Below, in pieces: positions 19,823 through 26,910 of a DNA stretch of 64,000 nucleotides. Both the position numbers and the translations under genes were made by a program. Origin of the DNA: a virus (Duplodnaviria > Caudoviricetes); the IMG/VR virus record IMGVR_UViG_3300017569_000126, positions 4,865 through 68,864 of that record, one strand, 5' to 3'. Numbering within the stretch: the first letter of the stretch is position 1; each line of letters starts with the position of its first letter. The notes under the pieces are model-generated. The model saw only the letters and a list, made by a program, of their open reading frames with translations. It did not search any database and was not told the DNA's origin.

Positions 19823-20208
19823 ATGAAGATAAATATGTCTGGCATGGTTGCATTACACTGAAAAATGGAATAAATGAAGCCCCTTTTCTGGCCAATATAC
19901 CGCCAGAAAAGCTTTTAATTGTGGAAACAAGCACAGGGGCATCTCCTGAGATATTGCTACAAGCTATCAAGCCAAGGTATATAGGAAGGGATGCAGCGCT
20001 TAGTTTTACTAAGGCAAATTTCAACGATTCGCCAGATAATCCGTGCTTTGTTTCACAATCTTTGCAAGAATGCCAAAAATGGTATGTTGCAAGAATGAAC
20101 GCTTGTATCTGTGAGCTTGACAGAAGAATGGAGCATATTAAAAAGAATTATGAGATTGCACGTTCTGAATGTCAAAATAACGCACATGAAATTAGCAAAA
20201 TGATGTAA
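19819..20208 (+). CDS. hypothetical protein
   Basis: ATGA overlap tiling. Confidence 0.65.
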   Translation: MNEDKYVWHGCITLKNGINEAPFLANIPPEKLLIVETSTGASPEILLQAIKPRYIGRDAALSFTKANFNDSPDNPCFVSQSLQECQKWYVARMNACICELDRRMEHIKKNYEIARSECQNNAHEISKMM

Positions 20209-20227
20209 AAAAAATAAGGGAAAGACT

Positions 20228-20710
20228 ATGCGTAGATGTGTTTATAGTGGAACTGTGTTTGAATATTATATTATGTCAAGGAAACAAGCGGAAGAATATT
20301 CTTGCTATGTTCATAATACAGATTCAATAGTTATTAGCATAACCGACCCACTACACAATGAATGCGGGGGAACTTTTGCGAAAATTCATCCTAACGAGGA
20401 AAACAAAATTTGCGAGGTGCTTCGTTTTATGTTTGACGATGTTGAAAAAAGTAACGCAGAGGAATCGCCCATTCCATACATTTTGATTAGTGAGCAGAAT
20501 GCGCAAGATATTTCAAACTTCGTTAAGAGATGGGCTGGTAAGGTTAAGCGCATTATTGTTCATTGTGAAGCTGGAATTAGTAGAAGTGCTGGATGTTGTG
20601 CTGCGATTATGAATTACTTTGAAAATACGGATGAACCAGTATTTAATGGACGTTTTTGTCCAAATATGACTGTTTATCGAACTGTTTTGAAGAAACTTTA
20701 CGGAGAGTAA
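20228..20710 (+). CDS. protein-tyrosine/dual-specificity phosphatase-like protein
   Basis: IIVHCEAGISRSAG, HCxxGxSRS active-site loop. Confidence 0.85.
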   Translation: MRRCVYSGTVFEYYIMSRKQAEEYSCYVHNTDSIVISITDPLHNECGGTFAKIHPNEENKICEVLRFMFDDVEKSNAEESPIPYILISEQNAQDISNFVKRWAGKVKRIIVHCEAGISRSAGCCAAIMNYFENTDEPVFNGRFCPNMTVYRTVLKKLYGE

Positions 20711-20865
20711 TATATGAGAGAGAGACTATCGAGTTTTGGGGTTGAAGGTCATTGCGAAGATTGCGTTTATTTTAATGATGAAAGTTCAGAATGTGAGTGT
20801 GAAGATTCTGAAAACTGGTATGAAGAAGTCGATGAATTGGATACTTGCACACACTTTGAGGAAGC

Positions 20866-21084
20866 ATGACCATGGATTTGATAGATACTAAAGTTAAGCT
20901 TTTGCAATTTGATGGCAAGGTAGTATATATTGTTGGAGATGGCTGTACTGGCTACTATTTTGTAGAGGCTACAAGTGAGATGCTGATAAAAGAAGCGCCA
21001 GTATCTCCTGACAAGACAATCGCTTATACTTTTGATTTTGCATTAAACAAACAAAACAAGATACAAATTTTTAGTCATAAATGA
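20866..21084 (+). CDS. hypothetical protein
   Basis: GAGG RBS, tiling. Confidence 0.55.
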   Translation: MTMDLIDTKVKLLQFDGKVVYIVGDGCTGYYFVEATSEMLIKEAPVSPDKTIAYTFDFALNKQNKIQIFSHK

Positions 21085-21090
21085 TAAGAG

Positions 21091-22188
21091 GTGAAATGTT
21101 TGAGAAAATTAGCAAGTATTAAAACAATTTCTGAAATAGTTCCTATTGCGAATAGAGATAGAATTGTCCTTGCGATTATTGACGGTTGGCAGGTAATTGT
21201 TAAGAAGGATGAATTTAATGTAGGAGATAAGTGCGTTTATTGTGAAATTGATTCTGTAATGCCTGACAAGCCAGAGTTTGAGTTTCTAAAGAAAAACGAC
21301 TTTAGGATTAAAACAATGAAAATGGCAGGAGTTATATCTCAGGGTATTTGTTTTCCTCTTTCTATCCTTCCCAAAGGAGAATACAATGTCGGGGACGATG
21401 TGACAAGCATCATAGGTGTAAAGCAATACGAAGAAACGATGGATATTGAAAAGCCAGAAAGAAAACCAACGGCTAAGAAGAAATATCCGAAATTTTTGAT
21501 GAGATTTGCATGGTTTAGAAAGCTTGTCCTTCCAAAGCCAGTGGATGATACGTTCCCGATACAATATATTAGCAAATCCGACCAAGAAAGAATCCAAAAT
21601 TTACCGAATATCGTAAAGGATAAAGGTAAATGGGATTGCACAGAAAAAGTAGATGGAAGTTCAGCAAGCTATCTTCTCGTGAGAAAGAAGAAAAAGAACT
21701 TTTTTGATAGTGAATCATACGAGTTTATCGTGTGTAGTCGCAACAAAAAGATTCCCATCAAAGACAATTCTTCTTATTGGAAGGTAGCAGAAAAATTTCA
21801 TATTAAGCAAGTTCTTGAATTTTTGATTCATGATGATGATTGGATAGCAATTCAAGGAGAAGTCCTTGGCCCCGGTATTCAGAAAAACAAATATAGATTT
21901 AAGGACTATGAATTTCGAGTGTTTGATATGTACAGACAGAAAATCGGCGGTAAAGTTGATTTCCGTACTATGAAAACGCAAGTAGAAGCTGCTGGTTTGA
22001 AAACAGTTCCTCTTGTGGAGACTGATTATGTTCTGCCAGACACAGTTGATGATGTTTTGAAATATGCTCATGCACGTTCCGTTGAAGCAAATATTTGGCG
22101 AGAAGGAATTGTTTTTAGAAAAGTCGGTGACGGAAACAAATCCTTCAAGGCGGTTGACCCTGAGTTTTTGTTGAAGTATGATGAGTGA
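21091..22188 (+). CDS. RNA ligase, DRB0094/Rnl2-like family
   Basis: RKLASI..I.....I.N.DRI...IDGW.VIVKKDEF.VGD.CVY.EIDS N-terminus; TEKVDGSS motif I, IQGE, EGIV and FK motifs. Confidence 0.85.
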   Translation: MKCLRKLASIKTISEIVPIANRDRIVLAIIDGWQVIVKKDEFNVGDKCVYCEIDSVMPDKPEFEFLKKNDFRIKTMKMAGVISQGICFPLSILPKGEYNVGDDVTSIIGVKQYEETMDIEKPERKPTAKKKYPKFLMRFAWFRKLVLPKPVDDTFPIQYISKSDQERIQNLPNIVKDKGKWDCTEKVDGSSASYLLVRKKKKNFFDSESYEFIVCSRNKKIPIKDNSSYWKVAEKFHIKQVLEFLIHDDDWIAIQGEVLGPGIQKNKYRFKDYEFRVFDMYRQKIGGKVDFRTMKTQVEAAGLKTVPLVETDYVLPDTVDDVLKYAHARSVEANIWREGIVFRKVGDGNKSFKAVDPEFLLKYDE

Positions 22189-22388
22189 GAAAATTTATGG
22201 CATATTTATCCAAAAGGAAAGGGAGCGCGTTCATCTATTGGGGATGCACAGCCTGTGAAGATTGTTTTTATCTTGATAAACCAGAAAGAGTAAATTACTG
22301 TCCTCATTGCGGAGAGAAAATCGAGAACCCAAATGGTGAGCCATGCCCTCTTGATGTTGACTATCGAGAGCAAGATGAGAAAAGTTGA
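22185..22388 (+). CDS. small zinc-ribbon protein
   Basis: CTAC...YCPHCG. Confidence 0.6.
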   Translation: MRKFMAYLSKRKGSAFIYWGCTACEDCFYLDKPERVNYCPHCGEKIENPNGEPCPLDVDYREQDEKS

Positions 22389-22479
22389 CAAAAATGATAT
22401 TTTGTGCTAAAATATATAACGTATCTACGTTAATAAATAGAGCCAAAATATAGGGTTTTGAGAAATTTTCTAAAAATAC

Positions 22480-22508
22480 TTGACAAATCTAAATGGGTGT
22501 GTTATAAT
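22480..22508 (+). promoter_or_regulatory. sigmaA consensus promoter (a second promoter lies at 22385-22413)
   Basis: TTGACA-17 bp-TATAAT upstream of the DUF2828 gene. Confidence 0.85.
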
Positions 22509-22562
22509 TTACTCGTGAAGTTTGAGACACAAACTGCAAAACGATAAAATTTATAACAAGGA

Positions 22563-24068
22563 GTGTCTAATATGGCAAATTTGTTTACCAACGCTGTTCG
22601 TGAAGCGACCGATGTTTCGCATACTACTAATGGCGCGTATGCGCACAAGTCTACTAAGAGTGACCTCTTAGATATGTTTTCCTGCCTTGGTGCATTGCGT
22701 TCTCGTATTGGCGATGTAGACGATATGTTCGCTCGTGCGTTTCGTGAGAATCCCGAACTCGCTACGAAGATGGCGTTTTATGGGCGTGATATTCGTGGTG
22801 GCTTGCAGGAACGCGCGGTTCCGCGAATGATTTTCAGGTGGTTGGCAATCCACGAGCCTGTTACTATGAAGGCCAACATGAAATACATTTCCGAGTATGG
22901 TCGTTACGACGATTTGTATGAGTTCGTTGGCACACCGTGCGAAAACTATATGTGGAACGAAGTTTTTATTCCTCAATTCAAGCAGGATATGAAGAATTAT
23001 CGTGCGGGAAAGCCGATTTCTTTGCTTGCAAAGTGGGCAAAGTCCACCAATACTTCTTCTAAGGAAAGCTGCCGTCTTGGGCGTTTAACTGCCGAAAAGC
23101 TTGGCATGACTACTAAGCAGTATCAAAAGACGCTTTCGCTGTTGCGCGAATACATTCGTGTACCTGAGCATCTCATGTCTGCTGATAGATGGGGCGAGAT
23201 TCCTTATGAGAATGTTCCGTCTAATGCTATGACTAAGTATTGTCATGCGTTTGGCCGTCATGATTATGAACGCTTCAATGAGTATATCAATCAGGTGAAG
23301 TCAGGAGAGAAGAAAATCAACGCTTCTACTTTGTTCCCCTATGATATTGTCCACAAATATTCTGTTGGAAGTTTGTGGTCTTGGAGAGTTTCTGGTGAAG
23401 GCAAGAACGATGTTCTTGAAGCTCAGTGGAAGGCTTTGCCAAATTATCTTGACGGGGAAAACAATGTTCTTGTGATGGCTGATACGTCTGGTTCGATGTA
23501 CGGAGAACCTATCGAAGTAGCGCTTTCTCTTGCGATTTATTTTGCGGAGCGCAATAAAGGAGATTGGCATAACCTGTTTATGACGTTTGAGAGCAATCCA
23601 CATTGGGTTGAACTCCGTGACGGTTCTCTTATTAACAATCTCGGTATTGCATACAAGGCCGATTGGGGTGGAAGCACTTCGTTGGATGCAGCTTTCAATC
23701 TCGTTCTCGATACCGCAATTAAGAACCATGTTGAAGCCAAGGATATGCCAAAAGCAATCGTTGTTATCACCGATATGGGAATCAATGTTTGTTGCCATGG
23801 AAATAATAAGACGATTGTTGATACAATGAAGTTGAAGTATGCTGCTCATGGATATGAGCTTCCCAATATCGTATTCTGGACTGTTGGACGTTTCAGCGGT
23901 GATGCCTACCAGAATCGTTACAACACTGAAAATGTTCAGTGCTTCTCTGGCGCTGCTGCTTCTACGTTCCGTTCTGTTATGGAAGCTATTGGCATGAACT
24001 CTTACGAGGCTATGCTAAAAACTCTGAATAACAAGCGCTACGAGCCGATTCATTATGTTGCGGCGTGA
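22563..24068 (+). CDS. DUF2828-type TROVE/Ro60-related protein with C-terminal vWA domain
   Basis: T.NGA..H.ST....LD.F, RDIRGG..ER, EYGRYDDL, SLLAKW, VPS.AM..Y..AF.RHD..RF, VMADTSGSM, DWGGST, VITDM, LP.IVFW motifs. Confidence 0.8.
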   Translation: MSNMANLFTNAVREATDVSHTTNGAYAHKSTKSDLLDMFSCLGALRSRIGDVDDMFARAFRENPELATKMAFYGRDIRGGLQERAVPRMIFRWLAIHEPVTMKANMKYISEYGRYDDLYEFVGTPCENYMWNEVFIPQFKQDMKNYRAGKPISLLAKWAKSTNTSSKESCRLGRLTAEKLGMTTKQYQKTLSLLREYIRVPEHLMSADRWGEIPYENVPSNAMTKYCHAFGRHDYERFNEYINQVKSGEKKINASTLFPYDIVHKYSVGSLWSWRVSGEGKNDVLEAQWKALPNYLDGENNVLVMADTSGSMYGEPIEVALSLAIYFAERNKGDWHNLFMTFESNPHWVELRDGSLINNLGIAYKADWGGSTSLDAAFNLVLDTAIKNHVEAKDMPKAIVVITDMGINVCCHGNNKTIVDTMKLKYAAHGYELPNIVFWTVGRFSGDAYQNRYNTENVQCFSGAAASTFRSVMEAIGMNSYEAMLKTLNNKRYEPIHYVAA

Positions 24069-24078
24069 TTTCAGCAGT

Positions 24079-24130
24079 CGATACTCTTACAGCAATCTCT
24101 AAGTTAAACAGAGAAAGCTTACGGGTATTG
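24079..24130 (+). ncRNA. CAGCAAT-motif structured RNA, copy 1
   Basis: stem GATACTC/GGGTATT, then TTACAGCAAT and inner hairpin CTCT-AAGTTAAAC-AGAG; 11 nt after the DUF2828 stop. Confidence 0.5.
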
Positions 24131-24174
24131 GTTTATATAAAGAGCGGGGAACCGCTCATACATATTGGTGGATT

Positions 24175-24546
24175 ATGAGCAGAAGAAAAAATTATCATGA
24201 TGTAAATTATATAGTTTGGAGTAAACCGAATCCTAAGACCAAGAAGCGCAAACGTGTTGTAATTGCTCATAGTACAGAAGCAACGCGCTTATTTTTAGAA
24301 ATAGTCTGCGATGAACATCCCAATATAACGGAAAACGAATTATTTGAATTACTAAAAGATAGGAGAAGATATATTCAAAACCCAGAAGCAATACAAGTTG
24401 TTCAGGCACACATTGACAAAGGATATGGAAGTTTTATAGCAGATTATAAGCCAGAACAAATAGAGTTTTTAGAGAAATATAATAAATTCGGAAATAGAAA
24501 ATATCGGTCTATTCTAAGAGAGTACAGAGAAAAGGAGAGCGTATAA
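24175..24546 (+). CDS. hypothetical protein
   Basis: clean basic ORF, tiling. Confidence 0.65.
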   Translation: MSRRKNYHDVNYIVWSKPNPKTKKRKRVVIAHSTEATRLFLEIVCDEHPNITENELFELLKDRRRYIQNPEAIQVVQAHIDKGYGSFIADYKPEQIEFLEKYNKFGNRKYRSILREYREKESV

Positions 24547-24547
24547 C

Positions 24548-24754
24548 ATGAAAAAGGTTCTTAGTTCAATAAACAGAGAAAGCGGAGTAGAACTATCGTT
24601 TGGCATTAACGAAACCAAACTTAACGGAGAGGAAGTTCAGCGATTTTATTTTAAGACTATCGCTGGTGATGGCAAAGAAACATACTTCGACTTTGAAAAT
24701 AAGGACGATGCTGCGAATTACATTGAAAATGCTCGTCGTATGTTAGAGGGTTGA
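24548..24754 (+). CDS. hypothetical protein
   Basis: AAGGAG RBS. Confidence 0.65.
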   Translation: MKKVLSSINRESGVELSFGINETKLNGEEVQRFYFKTIAGDGKETYFDFENKDDAANYIENARRMLEG

Positions 24755-24786
24755 GAGAAAACCCATAAAAAATATGTAAAACCCTC

Positions 24787-24815
24787 TTGACAAAAGGTGC
24801 ATTTTGTGGTACAAT
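24787..24815 (+). promoter_or_regulatory. promoter of the tRNA/ncRNA cluster
   Basis: TTGACA-17 bp-TACAAT, contains ACAAAA-N6-TTTTGT. Confidence 0.8.
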
Positions 24816-24910
24816 AATGTTGTCAAAGGGGAGCGGCTAAATCCTAAGACATATATTGAATCGACTATATTTATTTTCATTTAGATTTTCGCCGATTCTC
24901 TGTTGTTATA

Positions 24911-24973
24911 AAGACGCTTACAGCAATTAAAGAAACATCAGACAGTTAATCTGACAACGTTTTTTTGCGTCTT
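24911..24973 (+). ncRNA. CAGCAAT-motif structured RNA, copy 2
   Basis: stem AAGACGC/GCGTCTT, TTACAGCAAT, inner hairpin TCAGA-CAGTTAA-TCTGA. Confidence 0.6.
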
Positions 24974-24979
24974 GTGTTT

Positions 24980-25057
24980 GCGGAACACGCCAATATGGTA
25001 TCGGCGCACTCCTTATAAGGGTGAGATAGTAGCGTTCGAGTCGCACGTTCCGTACCA
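24980..25057 (+). tRNA. trnI: tRNA-Ile(TAT)
   Basis: acceptor GCGGAAC/GTTCCGT plus ACCA, anticodon arm CACTC-CTTATAA-GGGTG, T-loop TTCGAGT; T-stem needs a 1-nt bulge. Confidence 0.8.
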
Positions 25058-25269
25058 AGCTATCCCAAAATGTGAGGACAAACGGTAATTTGATTGTTAT
25101 GCCATTAGCAATTATAGTTCAAGAACAAATTGGAATAGCATACATACATGACATATTTGTGACTACAGTTCTCAATCTTTTTGCTTTATTGTAAAATTGA
25201 ATCATCATGTTTAAGGTTTTTTCATTCTCTACTGAATAATAGTTCGCAATCTCTGTTATGTTTTGATAT

Positions 25270-25496
25270 ATAGGGGTAGGGAAGTAGACAAACCCGACTG
25301 TCCAACATATGAGCCGTTCGATAATAACCGTCTTTCTTTATTTCTGGTTTTAAAAACCTTTTTTGGTAAAAGCTGTATGCTCTGCCTTTATCAGTAAACA
25401 AGTAGTTTGGATACTTATCGGCTCTGACAGCAATTTCTATATGGGCCAAAACAGTTGCTTAATGCTACGATAGTGCAAATCTATCCCCCTATGCCA
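25270..25496 (+). tRNA. degenerate tRNA-like gene (CCA anticodon-like) with ~142-nt insertion in the anticodon arm
   Basis: acceptor ATAGGGG/CCCCTAT plus GCCA, D-arm GGG/CCC, anticodon stem ACTGT/ACAGT, T-arm GATAG-TGCAAAT-CTATC; insert 25302-25443 contains GACAGCAAT. Confidence 0.55.
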
Positions 25497-25505
25497 ATTC
25501 CTAAA

Positions 25506-25681
25506 GCCGACTGTGTACGAGGGCTATAAGATGTCCTGTCGGCAGGGCGCATTCCTGCGAAATGGGAAGACTAACCGAATCTGCAAGCAAAGGTGACAGC
25601 AGGATAGACTGTCTTTGTCTGTACCGCACTGTTGTATGGTGTTGCGATGCCGCTCAACAGATGTGAGCAACGCAGACAAAG
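25506..25681 (+). ncRNA. unidentified multi-helix structured RNA
   Basis: helices GCCGAC/GTCGGC, GCAGG/CCTGC, GACAG/CTGTC, CTTTGTCTG/CAGACAAAG, GCTCA/TGAGC between two tRNA genes; no ORF. Confidence 0.45.
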
Positions 25682-25688
25682 TTTATAT

Positions 25689-25763
25689 GCGGGATTCGTA
25701 TAACGGCAAGTACGGCTGACTTCCAATCAGCAAATGACGGTTCGATTCCGTTATTCCGCTCCA
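25689..25763 (+). tRNA. trnG: tRNA-Gly(TCC)
   Basis: canonical cloverleaf: GCGGGAT/ATTCCGC, GCTGA-CTTCCAA-TCAGC, TTCGATT, encoded CCA. Confidence 0.95.
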
Positions 25764-25765
25764 CA

Positions 25766-25883
25766 CGAGAAATGGTGCAACGGATAGCACGCTGCTTGAC
25801 AAAAAGCTATCTTTTATTGGTAGATGCAGCAATCTATAATGTCTCAGGAGGCAGCGATAGTAGTTCGACTCTACTTTTCTCGT
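25766..25883 (+). tRNA. tRNA-like gene, CAG anticodon, short variable loop, 46-nt insertion
   Basis: CGAGAAA/TTTCTCG, D-stem GTGC/GCAC, anticodon stem CTGCT/GGCAG with loop CTCAGGA, T-arm AGTAG-TTCGACT-CTACT; insert 25797-25842. Confidence 0.7.
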
Positions 25884-25978
25884 CTATACATACTTCAAGT
25901 AATTTTCCTTGAAGTGGTTGCTATTACAATGCAACTTTTGCCGTCGTGTTGTGTGCTTAAACATAGCGGCTCCTTTCT

Positions 25979-26029
25979 GGGAGGACTGTAAAGACAGCTC
26001 GTTGCGGTCACACCGCGATTCTCCCACCA
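25979..26029 (+). ncRNA. 51-nt tRNA-like element lacking an anticodon arm, ends in ACCA
   Basis: GGGAGGA/TTCTCCC-ACCA stem enclosing CTGT-AAAG-ACAG and TTGCG-GTCACAC-CGCGA hairpins. Confidence 0.45.
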
Positions 26030-26030
26030 A

Positions 26031-26150
26031 GCCACACTTAGCTCAGTCGGTAGAGCAACGATAAAAATGCGTCGAATTGGCGCAATCAGCAATTTATAAT
26101 TGTTTAGGCTTGTAACCCGTGGGTCGGCGGTTCGAGTCCGTCAGTGTGGC
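26031..26150 (+). tRNA. trnT: tRNA-Thr(TGT) with 46-nt insertion in the anticodon stem
   Basis: TAGCTCAGTCGGTAGAGC D-arm, loop CTTGTAA, stem ACG+GG/CCCGT, T-arm GGCGG-TTCGAGT-CCGTC; insert 26061-26106. Confidence 0.8.
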
Positions 26151-26172
26151 CCTACATAATGAAGTATTATAA

Positions 26173-26228
26173 AGACGCTTACAGCAATTAAAAAGATGCA
26201 GCTATGGAAGCACATTCTAATAGCGTCT
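26173..26228 (+). ncRNA. CAGCAAT-motif structured RNA, copy 3
   Basis: stem AGACGCT/AGCGTCT; shares 26 identical nt (TTATAAAGACGCTTACAGCAATTAAA) with copy 2. Confidence 0.6.
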
Positions 26229-26232
26229 GTTT

Positions 26233-26305
26233 TGGGGTCATAGCATAACGGATAGTGCAAAAGACTTCTAATCTTTGAATCGAAGTTCGATTCTTCGTGG
26301 CCCTA
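26233..26305 (+). tRNA. trnR: tRNA-Arg(TCT)
   Basis: GGGGTCA/TGGCCCT, AAAGA-CTTCTAA-TCTTT, CGAAG-TTCGATT-CTTCG; no encoded CCA. Confidence 0.9.
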
Positions 26306-26367
26306 TTGAAAAGCTGGCAAAGGCCAGCTAATTTTTTAGGCAGAACTAAATAGTATTAAAATATAAA

Positions 26368-26910
26368 TTGGTGATTAAGATGAATACTATTGTTATAGCG
26401 GCTTTCCCATTATGCGGAAAAACTTGGTGCCATGACTATTCATGTACACTTGATAGAACGTCTTTGGATTTGGATAGTGAAAAATATCGTTGGAAAACTA
26501 TATATGTTAATTTTACACCACCTTCTAAAATAGAAGACCCTGATTTCCCAGAAAACTATATTCAGAAAATAAAAGACAATATCGGAAAATACGATTATAT
26601 TTTTATAAACACCGATGAAGGTGTGCTCGAAGCAATGGATAAAGAGAATATGGATTATGTTTTAGTATACCCAGAAAGAAAATTGATTGAAGAATGGGTC
26701 GGAAGATGTTGGATTAGAAAAAAGAAGCGCGGCGGCTTATTTGAGACAGAAGAACTTTATACAATGTGGAAAGCATGGATTGACTGCTTGGAGAAACGCT
26801 CTAAAGAGCATAAAACTTACAGATTAAAGGCAGGGCAACACTTGGCTAACGTCATTTTCAAAATTGAGAAAGACATGGAGGTAAAGCATGAACTTAATTC
26901 AGACAAATAA
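26368..26910 (+). CDS. P-loop NTPase / nucleotide-kinase-like protein
   Basis: VIAAFPLCGKT Walker A-like motif and DLDS. Confidence 0.7.
   Translation: MVIKMNTIVIAAFPLCGKTWCHDYSCTLDRTSLDLDSEKYRWKTIYVNFTPPSKIEDPDFPENYIQKIKDNIGKYDYIFINTDEGVLEAMDKENMDYVLVYPERKLIEEWVGRCWIRKKKRGGLFETEELYTMWKAWIDCLEKRSKEHKTYRLKAGQHLANVIFKIEKDMEVKHELNSDK

Noticed and set aside
25497-25600. HDV-like (theta) ribozyme after the tRNA-like 3' end
   Set aside because: A P1-like helix exists, but I could not build the P1.1/P2 nested pseudoknot or place the catalytic C; kept only as an unknown structured RNA.
25796-25840. Promoter inside the 46-nt tRNA insert (TTGACA ... TATAAT)
   Set aside because: The hexamers are 33 nt apart rather than about 17, and the sister insert has no TTGACA.
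25895-26029. tmRNA
   Set aside because: The ACCA end pairs locally, there is no G3-U70 pair and no tag reading frame, and the span is far too short.
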